Made by a program: the position numbers and the translations under genes. Shown piece by piece: positions 47,099 to 55,851 of a DNA stretch of 64,000 bases; within the stretch, counting starts at the first letter, position 1; every line of letters begins with the position of its first letter. Source of the stretch: an uncultured Brevundimonas sp. GTDB taxonomy: Bacteria; Pseudomonadota; Alphaproteobacteria; Caulobacterales; Caulobacteraceae. The stretch lies in contig CAYNNT010000001.1 in assembly GCA_964398675.1 (NCBI GenBank), positions 38,541 to 102,540 of the forward strand. Reading direction: 5' to 3'. A model generated the notes under the pieces. The model was given only the letters and a program-made list of their open reading frames with translations, made no database searches and was not told the DNA's origin.

Positions 47099-47788
47099 AT
47101 GGCTAATAGCATCAACACGAATGTCGGCGCCCTGGTGGCGCTGCAGAACCTGAATCAGACCAGCCGCGATCTGGCTATGACGCAAAACCGCGTCAACACT
47201 GGTCAGAAGGTCTCGTCCGCCAAGGACAACGGGGCGATCTGGGCTACGGCCGAGAACCAAAAAGCCAACATGCAGGTGCTCAACACCACCCGCAACACGC
47301 TGCAGCGGACCCAGTCCGTGAATGACGTGGGTCTGGCCGCCGGCGACACCATCATGGACGCCCTGCGTCAGATGAAGGAACTCGCTGCCGGTCCGTCCAG
47401 CACGGCTCGCGACGCCGACCTCAACGCACTCAAGGCCGAAGTCGCTGCCGCCAAGGCGGCCGCGGTGTTCGACGGCACGGCTGCGCTGGGTTCGCTGACC
47501 ATGACCTTCGCCGCCACCCCGACCGGCGCTGAAGTCGATACCGCGATCACCAACGCGATCTCGGCCCTGCAGACCCTCGGCACTTCGTCCAAGTCGACGG
47601 AGCGTTCGCTGGCCTTCAACGACAAGCTCCAGGACGCCCTGGAAGCCGGCATCGGCAACCTGGTCGACGCCGACCTGGCCAAGGAAAGCGCCCGCCTGAC
47701 GGCTCTGCAGACGAAGCAGCAGCTGGGCGTGCAGGCGCTGTCGATCGCGAACCAGTCGAGCTCGATCCTGCTCGGCCTGTTCCGCTAA
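47099..47788 (+). CDS. flagellin, short form (229 aa)
   Basis: Same N- and C-terminal flagellin motifs as copy 1. Confidence 0.95.
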   Translation: MANSINTNVGALVALQNLNQTSRDLAMTQNRVNTGQKVSSAKDNGAIWATAENQKANMQVLNTTRNTLQRTQSVNDVGLAAGDTIMDALRQMKELAAGPSSTARDADLNALKAEVAAAKAAAVFDGTAALGSLTMTFAATPTGAEVDTAITNAISALQTLGTSSKSTERSLAFNDKLQDALEAGIGNLVDADLAKESARLTALQTKQQLGVQALSIANQSSSILLGLFR

Positions 47789-47905
47789 CCACCGGGGAAG
47801 TGGGCGTAGCCGCTCGCGGCTCCGCCCGCTTCGCCAAACCCTGAGCAGAACGCTCCCGGCAGCCAAAACGGCGTCGGACATGTCGAAGACAAAAGGACTA
47901 TCCCA

Positions 47906-48595
47906 ATGGCTAACAGCATCAATACGAACGTCGGCGCCCTGGTGGCGTTGCAGAACCTGAACCAGACCAGCCGCGATCTGGCTGTCACGCAAAACCGCGT
48001 GAACACGGGTCAGAAGGTCTCGTCCGCCAAGGACAACGGGGCCATCTGGGCCACCGCCCAGAACCAAAAAGCCAACATGCAGGTGCTCAACACCACCCGC
48101 AACACGCTGCAGCGGACCCAGTCCGTGAATGACGTGGGTCTGGCCGCCGGCGACACCATCATGGACGCCCTGCGTCAGATGAAGGAACTCGCCGCCGGTC
48201 CCGCCAGCACGGCTCGCGACGCCGACCTCGCCGCCCTGCGGACTGAAGTCGTCGCTGCTCAGGCCGCGGCTGTCTTCGACGGCACGGCCGCTCTCAGCGG
48301 TCTGACCCTGACCATCGCCGCCGCTCCGACCGCCGGTCAGATCGACGCCGATCTGGCCTCGGCGATCTCGGCCCTGCAGACCCTCGGCACTTCGTCCAAG
48401 TCGACGGAGCGTTCGCTGGCCTTCAACGACAAGCTCCAGGACGCCCTGGAAGCCGGCATCGGCAACCTGGTCGACGCCGACCTGGCCAAGGAAAGCGCCC
48501 GCCTGACGGCTCTGCAGACGAAGCAGCAGCTGGGCGTGCAGGCGCTGTCGATCGCGAACCAGTCGAGCTCGATCCTGCTCGGCCTGTTCCGCTAA
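47906..48595 (+). CDS. flagellin, short form (229 aa)
   Basis: Same N- and C-terminal flagellin motifs as copy 1. Confidence 0.95.
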   Translation: MANSINTNVGALVALQNLNQTSRDLAVTQNRVNTGQKVSSAKDNGAIWATAQNQKANMQVLNTTRNTLQRTQSVNDVGLAAGDTIMDALRQMKELAAGPASTARDADLAALRTEVVAAQAAAVFDGTAALSGLTLTIAAAPTAGQIDADLASAISALQTLGTSSKSTERSLAFNDKLQDALEAGIGNLVDADLAKESARLTALQTKQQLGVQALSIANQSSSILLGLFR

Positions 48596-48689
48596 CCCAC
48601 GGGGAAGGGACGGGGCCGTCCACGGCTCCGTCCCGACTTCCCATCGCACCTAACCGGGAGACGTCGGCCTAGTCGCCGACGTTCAGGAG

Positions 48690-48974
48690 ATGAATGCAGA
48701 TGCAACGATAAGGGCGGTCCCGGCAGTCACTGTCGAAACACCGCTGCAGTCCGGAGCCGATCAGGAATCCAGATCCAGGACCGCTGAGGATGCTGAACGC
48801 CAGGCCCGCTATCGGCTGGTGATCGAGCAGGGCCCCCGCGCGGGGTCTTTTGTCTACAAGACGCTGGACCGGGAAACCGGCGAGATCGTCCGGCAAATGC
48901 CGAGTGAAGAAGTGCTCAAGTTGAAGGAGCGCAACGACTACGGAGTCGGCGCAGTGATCAACACCACCGCCTGA
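48690..48974 (+). CDS. FlaG-like protein
   Basis: FVYKTLDRETGEIVRQMPSEEVL matches the FlaG pattern; located among flagellins. Confidence 0.75.
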   Translation: MNADATIRAVPAVTVETPLQSGADQESRSRTAEDAERQARYRLVIEQGPRAGSFVYKTLDRETGEIVRQMPSEEVLKLKERNDYGVGAVINTTA

Positions 48975-49031
48975 CACGTCAGTCAGGACGGACTTTACCC
49001 GGGCCGCAGCCGCGCGTCCGGTCACGTTGCG

Positions 49032-49039
49032 TTAACCAT
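49032..49039 (+). promoter_or_regulatory. CtrA-type site (TTAACCAT) upstream of flagellin 4
   Basis: TTAACCAT about 55 bp before the ATG; no GG-N10-GC sigma54 motif recognised here. Confidence 0.5.
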
Positions 49040-49093
49040 ACGCTCACGACTCGCGGCATAGCCTGTCCCTGAAACGATCCAGGGCCGAACGCC

Positions 49094-49918
49094 ATGACCA
49101 ACAGCGTCCACTCCAACTCTTCCGCGCTCATCGCGCTGCAAAACCTCAATCAGATCAGTGATCGGATGGCGGCCACGCAGAACCGCGTCAGCACGGGCCT
49201 GAAGGTTGGCGGAGCCAAGGACAATTCGGCGGTCTGGGCGATTGCACAAAATCAGCGCGCCGACCTGGGGGCGCTCGGGGCGGTGAAGACCAGCCTCGAC
49301 CGGGCCACCTCGCTGGCCGACGTGACCCTGGCGGCCGGGGAGGCGATCTCCGATCTGATCATCCAGATGCGCCAGAAGGCCGTGGCCGCCTCCGACCTGT
49401 CGCAGACGCCCGAATCCCGCGCGGCCTACAACGACGACTTCCAGAGCCTCGTGCGGTCGGTTCAGCAGTTCGCGGACAGCGCCTCGTTTGACGGGGTGAA
49501 CCTGCTCGACAACTCCCTGACGGCGCCGCTCGACTTCCTCGCCAACGTCGATGCCGTCGACACGATTTCGATCGACCCGCACAATTTCACCGAGGCCGGT
49601 CTGGGGCTCGACACGCAGAACCTGCTTCTGCCCGCCGCCGCGGCGACCGCGCTCGGCGTGATCGACACGGCGCTGGCGACGGTGAACTCCGGCCTGGCCT
49701 CGCTGGGCGCGCAGGCCAAGCAGATCGAAACGCACAATACCTTCGTCTCCAAGCTGATGGACTCGCTGGAAACCGGCATCGGCAAGCTGGTCGACGCTGA
49801 TCTGGCGAAGGAAAGCGCCCGCCTTCAGGCGTTGCAGGTGCAGCAGCAGCTGGGCGCGCAGGCGCTGTCGATCGCGAACCAGGCCCCGCAGATCATCCTG
49901 TCGCTGTTCAAGAGCTAG
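49094..49918 (+). CDS. flagellin, normal length (274 aa), divergent from the other three
   Basis: STGLKV, ASFDGVNLL, LVDADLAKESARL. Confidence 0.95.
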   Translation: MTNSVHSNSSALIALQNLNQISDRMAATQNRVSTGLKVGGAKDNSAVWAIAQNQRADLGALGAVKTSLDRATSLADVTLAAGEAISDLIIQMRQKAVAASDLSQTPESRAAYNDDFQSLVRSVQQFADSASFDGVNLLDNSLTAPLDFLANVDAVDTISIDPHNFTEAGLGLDTQNLLLPAAAATALGVIDTALATVNSGLASLGAQAKQIETHNTFVSKLMDSLETGIGKLVDADLAKESARLQALQVQQQLGAQALSIANQAPQIILSLFKS

Positions 49919-50118
49919 GCGGGTCGGCGTATCCCGGCGGGACCGATCTGAATCGCGGCGGGACGTCGACGGGTCCCGATTCCGTACAGTGAAAGCAATG
50001 ATTTCAAGACATTGACGAAGGCGGTCTTCACGGCGTCCTCCTCATCCAGCGCGCCGTTAACGGGTGCGCAAGATCATTGTTCCCTGAGTCGCGCGCAAAG
50101 TCGCTCCGCGGCCGGACG

Positions 50119-50133
50119 TTAAGCGCCCGTTAC
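50119..50133 (+). promoter_or_regulatory. CtrA-like box upstream of the FlaEY-like gene
   Basis: TTAA-GCGCCCG-TTAC. Confidence 0.55.
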
Positions 50134-50168
50134 GGTTGGCGGGTCACAATGACGGCCGGGAGCCGCCT

Positions 50169-52874
50169 GTGATCAACAACAGTTATCTGCTCGGGTTGTA
50201 CGGAGGGACCGCGGACACCTCGTCCACGTCCAGCGGAACCACGACCACGACCCGGAAGACGCAGCCGACCGCGCCCTGGTCAGCGGGGGCCAAGGTTCCC
50301 GAGCAAAGCGCCCTGGTGCGGGCGGCGCTGGCGGGAAACCGCCTGATCAATGAAGGCACCGAACGTCTCGACGTGCCGGGCGCATCGACGGACTATCGAA
50401 AGCTGTTCGCTCTCTACAAGGGCCTGGACTCCCTGACGGCGCTCGCCACCCGGGCGGACCAGCGGGGCGTGAGCGCCAGCGAGACGGCCCAGATCCGCCA
50501 GCGCTTCAGCGCCGGGCTTTCAGAAGTCAGCGGCTATCTGCGGACGGCCGGCTTTGACGGCATCCGTCTGGTGGAGGGCGTTTCGTCCACGACCGCCAAG
50601 ACGACCGCCTCTGTGCCGCGCGATGCGACCCGCATCGTCACCCGGCCGATCCACGACGGGCCGCTGACGTCATCCGTCGCTTCCTTCGAGGGCGATGTCC
50701 GGTTCGAGATCACCATCGGAACCCTCAACGGCGACACGACGATCCCGATCGATCTGGCGGATATGGGAGCCCAGACCCGTACGTTCGACGACGTGCTGTC
50801 CCACATCAACGGCAAGCTGGCCGACGCCGGCGTCGCCACCCGGTTCGGACGGGAAAACGTCACCGGCCCGCCGCGCACGATCAAGGCGGGGACCAAGACG
50901 ATCACCCTGCCGGCGCGGTCCGACCAGTGGGCGCTGGTGATCCAGGGCACGAATGTCGAATCCGTCCGGTTCGCGACGACGCAGAAGTCCGACGCCGTCT
51001 ACGTCGTCCAGGGCACGGGGAGCGGGGGCGGGAACGAACTGCTGAAGTTCCAGAGCGACGGCGGCGCCGCCCCTGAACCGCTCGATATCGGCCTGCAGAC
51101 CGGATGGGTCGCCGGTCGCGCGTCGCAGACCGCCCTGCCGAAGGGGGTCGAGACGGTGCGGGCGAGCGCGGTCGCCGCGGACGGGTCGTTGTGGATGGTC
51201 GCGGACGTCGAGTCCGCGCCGGGCGAACAGCCGGTGAAGGGCGAGCGCGACGTCGCCCTGATGAAGTTCGACCCGTCGGGCCGTCTGGTGGCGACGCGCA
51301 TGCTCGGCGCCGCGGATACGGCCAGCGGCTATGCGATCGCCATCGCCGACGACGGGCGGGTGGCCGTGGCGGGATCGGTCACGGGCGCGCTCGAGGCCGG
51401 GGTCAAGCCGGCCGACGCCGATCTGGCCGACAGCTTCGTGACCGTCTTCGACGGGGCGGGCGAAGAGCTCTGGACCCAAAGGCGTGGCGCCAAGGCGGCC
51501 GACGAGGCCACGGCCGTGTCTTTCGGCGCAGATGGCAGGGTCTATGTCGCCGGACGGGCGAAGTCGTCCATGCCCGGCGCGTCCGGACTCGGCGGCTGGG
51601 ACGGGTATCTGCAGGGCTTTACCGCCACCCAGGCGCACAGTCTGGCGCCGTTGGTCGGCGCGGCGGTTTCGATCGACCAGTTCGGAACGGCCAGCGACGA
51701 CAGCGTCAGGGCGATGACGACCGAGGGCACGTCCATCTACACCGCCGGAGTCGAAAGCGGCCGGGTGGTGGTGCGCCACTATACGCCCGACGTCGACGGC
51801 CGGCCGAGCCTGGCGGCAGTCCGGGATCTGGGCGCCGCCAGCGGGGACGTTACGGGGATCGCCGTCGCCGATGGACGGGTCGTCCTGACCGGCACAACCA
51901 GCAACGCCGCCCTCGACATCGCGACGGTGAACACAGCCCATTCCGGCGGCACAGATGCCTTCGTGGCGGTGCTGGAGGCCGATCTTTCGGCCAGCGCCTC
52001 GGATCGTCTGACCTATGTCGGCGCCGCCGGGGACGACACCGTTTCGGACATGAAGGTCCACGACGGGAAGGTCTGGCTGACCGGGCTCGCCGACCGGCCG
52101 CTCGGGGCCAAGGCGGAGGATCCCCGGCAGGGCTATCTGACCCGGCTGGACCCGCTGACGGGGGCGGTCGAATGGACCCGGACCTGGTCCGGCGCGAACC
52201 AGCAGGCCGCGCCCCTTACGCTTGCCGTCGCCACCGACGGCGCGAGCGTGCTGGACCGCCTGGGTCTGCCCGATGGTCGTGTCTCGGCCGGGGATTCCAA
52301 GATCCTGACGACCGTGACGGCGGCCCGGCCCGGCGACCGGTTCTATGTGACCCCCGCCGACGGCAGCCGGTCGCGGGCGGTCACGATCGACGCCAGGGAT
52401 ACGCTGCAGACCCTGGCCAAGAAGATCGAACAGGCGAGTTTCGGCCAGTTGAGCGTGACGGTGGTCACCGACACGCTCAAGAGCGCCACCGGAGAACTGA
52501 TCACCAGCGGACGCCCCCAGAGGCTGTCCATCGTTCCGCGGACCGGGCGGGAGGGCGCCACCCTGACCAGCGGCGAAACCGGCCGGGATGCGCTTTCGGC
52601 CCTGGGCCTTTCGCCCGGCCTGATCAGCCCCAAGCCGGGAACCGGCGACCTGAAGATCTTCGCCATGGCGCTGCCGGCCTCCCTGTCGCTGTCCGGCGCG
52701 GATGACATCAAGGCGTCGATCAAGTCGCTGCAGGACGCCATGACCGTGGTCCGGAGCGCCTATCGCGGGCTGGCCCCCGGCGCGAACAAGCCGGCGGTCA
52801 CCGGCGCGGCGCCGGCCTATCTCACGGCCCAGCTCGCCAACTACCAGGCGGCGCTCGCCCGCCTCGGCGGATAG
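50169..52874 (+). CDS. FlaEY-like flagellar protein with beta-propeller repeats
   Basis: About 900 aa, no signal peptide; repeated G-x-A-x-D/DAFV blade motifs; amphipathic C-terminal helix; flagellin locus. Confidence 0.7.
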   Translation: MINNSYLLGLYGGTADTSSTSSGTTTTTRKTQPTAPWSAGAKVPEQSALVRAALAGNRLINEGTERLDVPGASTDYRKLFALYKGLDSLTALATRADQRGVSASETAQIRQRFSAGLSEVSGYLRTAGFDGIRLVEGVSSTTAKTTASVPRDATRIVTRPIHDGPLTSSVASFEGDVRFEITIGTLNGDTTIPIDLADMGAQTRTFDDVLSHINGKLADAGVATRFGRENVTGPPRTIKAGTKTITLPARSDQWALVIQGTNVESVRFATTQKSDAVYVVQGTGSGGGNELLKFQSDGGAAPEPLDIGLQTGWVAGRASQTALPKGVETVRASAVAADGSLWMVADVESAPGEQPVKGERDVALMKFDPSGRLVATRMLGAADTASGYAIAIADDGRVAVAGSVTGALEAGVKPADADLADSFVTVFDGAGEELWTQRRGAKAADEATAVSFGADGRVYVAGRAKSSMPGASGLGGWDGYLQGFTATQAHSLAPLVGAAVSIDQFGTASDDSVRAMTTEGTSIYTAGVESGRVVVRHYTPDVDGRPSLAAVRDLGAASGDVTGIAVADGRVVLTGTTSNAALDIATVNTAHSGGTDAFVAVLEADLSASASDRLTYVGAAGDDTVSDMKVHDGKVWLTGLADRPLGAKAEDPRQGYLTRLDPLTGAVEWTRTWSGANQQAAPLTLAVATDGASVLDRLGLPDGRVSAGDSKILTTVTAARPGDRFYVTPADGSRSRAVTIDARDTLQTLAKKIEQASFGQLSVTVVTDTLKSATGELITSGRPQRLSIVPRTGREGATLTSGETGRDALSALGLSPGLISPKPGTGDLKIFAMALPASLSLSGADDIKASIKSLQDAMTVVRSAYRGLAPGANKPAVTGAAPAYLTAQLANYQAALARLGG

Positions 52875-52949
52875 GACGCCGCCGACGAAGAGCGTTGACG
52901 TGGAAGGGCCGGGCGGGGTTATTGGAGGCTCCATCCGCGCGAGCCCTTC

Positions 52950-53615
52950 ATGCCCCAGGACAATCGTCTTCTCATCGCCATCGGCGCCGGCCTGGCGGTT
53001 GTCGCGGCCGTCGTGATCGCCCTGATCTTCAGCGCCGGTCGGGACCGGAATCCCGCGCCCCCGCCGGCGGCGCAGGGCGGGCTGACGGTGGATGTCGCCG
53101 ACGCGCCTGAACTGAACACGACCCGCGAACTGCGCTGCTTCGTGGACGGCCAGTATGTCGGGCTGGCCACCCTGTCCGACTGCGCGCGCCGCAACGGGGT
53201 GGCTACGGACGCGCTGGACGTCGGCATCGACGAAACCGGCGCCCTGGCCGCCGCGCCGACCGCCGCCTTCGCCCCGCCGCCCAGCGCCCCGCCGGTTGAG
53301 CTGACCGAGGCTGAACAGCCGTCGCAGGTTGACCAGCCGGCGGTCGAGCCATCGGTCCAGCCGGCGTCGGGCTCCGCCTGCCTGCGGCACACCGGCTCGG
53401 ACTGGCGTTCGCTGTCGGGCAATATGAGCCTGAACGCCTGCGTGCAGGCGCTGTATTCCGGCACCTGCGTGCGCCCGGGCGAGGCGCTGTACGGCCGCTG
53501 GGGCGACATCACGCTCCGCCTGGTGCCGCGCCGCGTCGAGCAATCGAACGACAACAGCCGCTTCCGCACGCTGGCCGAACAGGATCGAAGCTGCACATTC
53601 CCGGGACTGCGCTGA
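52950..53615 (+). CDS. hypothetical membrane-anchored protein
   Basis: N-terminal TM, Pro-rich linker, paired Cys. Confidence 0.75.
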   Translation: MPQDNRLLIAIGAGLAVVAAVVIALIFSAGRDRNPAPPPAAQGGLTVDVADAPELNTTRELRCFVDGQYVGLATLSDCARRNGVATDALDVGIDETGALAAAPTAAFAPPPSAPPVELTEAEQPSQVDQPAVEPSVQPASGSACLRHTGSDWRSLSGNMSLNACVQALYSGTCVRPGEALYGRWGDITLRLVPRRVEQSNDNSRFRTLAEQDRSCTFPGLR

Positions 53616-54082
53616 TGAAATACGTCGCCATCACCGCCATCACCGCCATCACCGCCATCGCCGCCGGCGCGCTTTCGCTGGCCGCCTGCGAAAAGGCCGT
53701 CGAGGCTCCGTTTGACCGGGGCGTCTGCTACGCCGTCGAGGTCGGCGCCGAGGGCGAGGCGCCGCGGTTCAACAAGGTGGCGGACAACCAGCCGCAGATC
53801 GAGTTCTGCGCCGCCCGTCTGGAAGAGGTTCGCCTGCGTTTCCTGCGCATGGGCGGGTCGCGACAGGAGATCACGGGCTCCTACCAGGGCCAGTTCATCT
53901 TCATCGACCGCGGCGGCGTCTGGCTGTCGCAGACGCTGGACGGCGGGCGGTTCAACGCCATGGCCAGGACCGGAGACGGTCGTCTGGCCATGCCCGGCGC
54001 GATCCAGCGGGCCATTGACGGCACCCCCGTCGCCGTATCGGCCAACAGCGCGCCCGACCCGACGGCGCCGCCCGCGCCCTAG
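53615..54082 (+). CDS. hypothetical lipoprotein
   Basis: Lipobox LAAC; TGATG overlap with the upstream gene. Confidence 0.75.
   Translation: MKYVAITAITAITAIAAGALSLAACEKAVEAPFDRGVCYAVEVGAEGEAPRFNKVADNQPQIEFCAARLEEVRLRFLRMGGSRQEITGSYQGQFIFIDRGGVWLSQTLDGGRFNAMARTGDGRLAMPGAIQRAIDGTPVAVSANSAPDPTAPPAP
53626..53661 (+). repeat. 9-bp tandem repeat (CGCCATCAC x3 plus one variant) in the signal peptide
   Basis: Read directly; encodes AIT-AIT-AIT-AIA. Confidence 0.8.
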
Positions 54083-54090
54083 ACGGAATA

Positions 54091-54105
54091 GAACAAACGT
54101 GGAAC
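54091..54105. promoter_or_regulatory. alphaproteobacterial LexA (SOS) box upstream of ssb
   Basis: GAAC-AAACGTG-GAAC, i.e. GTTC-N7-GTTC on the minus strand. Confidence 0.8.
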
Positions 54106-54232
54106 AAGCAATCTGTGGATTGCGCCACAAAGCGGGCGCGCGCCTGTCGAAAGCGCGCTAGGCCCGGACAACAGGCAATCGGCTCCGAACAGCGCGAAGC
54201 GCGGCGGGCCAGAACGAAGAAGGAGCTCGGCG

Positions 54233-54712
54233 ATGGCGGGCAGCGTCAACAAGGTCATTCTGGTCGGCAATCTGGGCAAGGATCCGGAAATTCGCACCCT
54301 CAACTCGGGCGAGCGCGTGGCCAACCTGTCGCTCGCGACCTCGGAACAGTGGCGCGACAAGGCCACCGGCGAGCGCAAGGAAAAGACCGAGTGGCACCGG
54401 GTGGTTATCTTCAACGAGAACATCGTCAAGGTGGCCGAGAACTATCTGAAGAAGGGCTCGACGGTTTACATCGAGGGCTCGATCCAGACCCGGAAATACG
54501 AGCAGGCCGGCGTCGAGAAATACACCACCGAGATCGTGCTGCAGAAGTTCCGCGGCGAGCTGACCATGCTCGGCGGGCGCAGCGACAGCGCCGGCGGCGG
54601 CGCCTCGCGCGGCGGGGACGACGACTATTCGTCGGGCTTCTCGACCGGCGGCGCCAACAAGCCCAGCGGTCCCAAGGAAAGCTACGACCTGAACGACGAC
54701 ATTCCGTTCTAG
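54233..54712 (+). CDS. ssb: single-stranded DNA-binding protein
   Basis: [22 protein letters not shown]-terminal DDIPF. Confidence 0.98.
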   Translation: MAGSVNKVILVGNLGKDPEIRTLNSGERVANLSLATSEQWRDKATGERKEKTEWHRVVIFNENIVKVAENYLKKGSTVYIEGSIQTRKYEQAGVEKYTTEIVLQKFRGELTMLGGRSDSAGGGASRGGDDDYSSGFSTGGANKPSGPKESYDLNDDIPF

Positions 54713-54834
54713 GTCCGCGCCACACTTCGAAATGCCCGGGAGCGGAGCTGCTTCCGGCGACGCGCCACACTCGGAAATGCAATGTGTCGCCGTACGCGCT
54801 CGCGTGCGGCGACCGTGCGCGTTAAGCCGGGCGG

Positions 54835-55740
54835 GTGACCACTCCAGACAAGCCGCACAGCCCGCTCTCGCTCGCCGAGATCCTCGCCATCCTTGCGGTG
54901 GTGGTGATCTGGGGGGTCAACAATGCGGCGGCGAAATTCGGGACGGAGACCCTGCCGCCCTTGCTGATGGCGGCGATGAGGTTCGCCATCGCGGCAGCCT
55001 GCCTGCTCCCGTTCGTGCGGCCGCCGTTCCCGAACTGGAAGAGCCTGCTGATCATCGTCGGTCTGGGCGGACCGGTTCACTATGGCCTGCTTTATCTGGC
55101 GTTCGGGCTGGCGAACGACGTCAGTCCGGTGTCGGTGGCGGCGCAGCTCTGGATTCCGTTCACGGCCCTGTTCGCCTTCCTGCTGCTGGGAGAGCGGCTG
55201 TCGCGGTTCGCCCTGGTCGGGATGGGCGTGGCCTTCGTCGGCGTCGCCTGGATGACGCTGGACGCCCATGCCATCGCTGACTGGAAGGCCATTCTGGTGG
55301 TCGTCGGCGCGTCCGGGGCGTGGGCCCTGACCACGGTCGTGGCGCGGCGGACGACCTCCATCCCGCCGCTGAAGATGCAGGGCCTCCTGTCGCTCTTCAC
55401 CCTGCCGACCCTGGCCTTCGCCTCGGCCCTGTTCGAGCGGGGCCAATGGGAAGCGGTGCAGCAGGCTGACGCCCTGATCTGGGCGTGCGTGATCTGGGCC
55501 GGGCTGGTGTCGTCCGTGCTGGCCACCACCCTGCTGTTCTGGCTGGTGCAGAAGCGCGAGGCGGGGCGGGTGACCCCGTATCTGCTGTCCACGCCCCTGG
55601 TGTCGATCCTGATCGGCTGGGGCTTCATGGGCGATGTGCTGACGCCGCAGATCCTGGTCGGCGCGGCCCTGACCATGGGCGGCGTCGCCATTGTCGCCCT
55701 CGCCGAGCGCGGCCTCAGGGCGGGGGCCGCCAGGTCCTGA
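54835..55740 (+). CDS. DMT/EamA family transporter
   Basis: IWGVN, LPPLL.AAMRF, LLGERL, about 10 TMs. Confidence 0.9.
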   Translation: MTTPDKPHSPLSLAEILAILAVVVIWGVNNAAAKFGTETLPPLLMAAMRFAIAAACLLPFVRPPFPNWKSLLIIVGLGGPVHYGLLYLAFGLANDVSPVSVAAQLWIPFTALFAFLLLGERLSRFALVGMGVAFVGVAWMTLDAHAIADWKAILVVVGASGAWALTTVVARRTTSIPPLKMQGLLSLFTLPTLAFASALFERGQWEAVQQADALIWACVIWAGLVSSVLATTLLFWLVQKREAGRVTPYLLSTPLVSILIGWGFMGDVLTPQILVGAALTMGGVAIVALAERGLRAGAARS

Positions 55741-55798
55741 TCCCCGCTCGCGGGGCCGCAGTCACAGGGCTCCGGCCTGTCGATCCGAAGCGGCCATG

Positions 55799-55830
55799 AA
55801 AAAGGCCCGGCTGCTCTCGCAACCGGGCCT
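55799..55830 (-). terminator. intrinsic terminator
   Basis: AGGCCCGG...CCGGGCCT stem with a T-run on the minus strand, between convergent genes. Confidence 0.7.
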
Positions 55831-55851
55831 AATTGCAGCTTGCGCCCGAAC

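Noticed and set aside
45952..48595. Short flagellins as pseudogenes
   Set aside because: The same in-frame deletions in three diverged copies, with intact termini, leaders and (for two) promoters
50670..53543. 957-aa minus-strand ORF
   Set aside because: Antisense shadow of the FlaEY-like gene and its neighbour
54716..54780. Mini CRISPR array
   Set aside because: Only two imperfect 20-bp repeats, a self-complementary spacer and no cas genes
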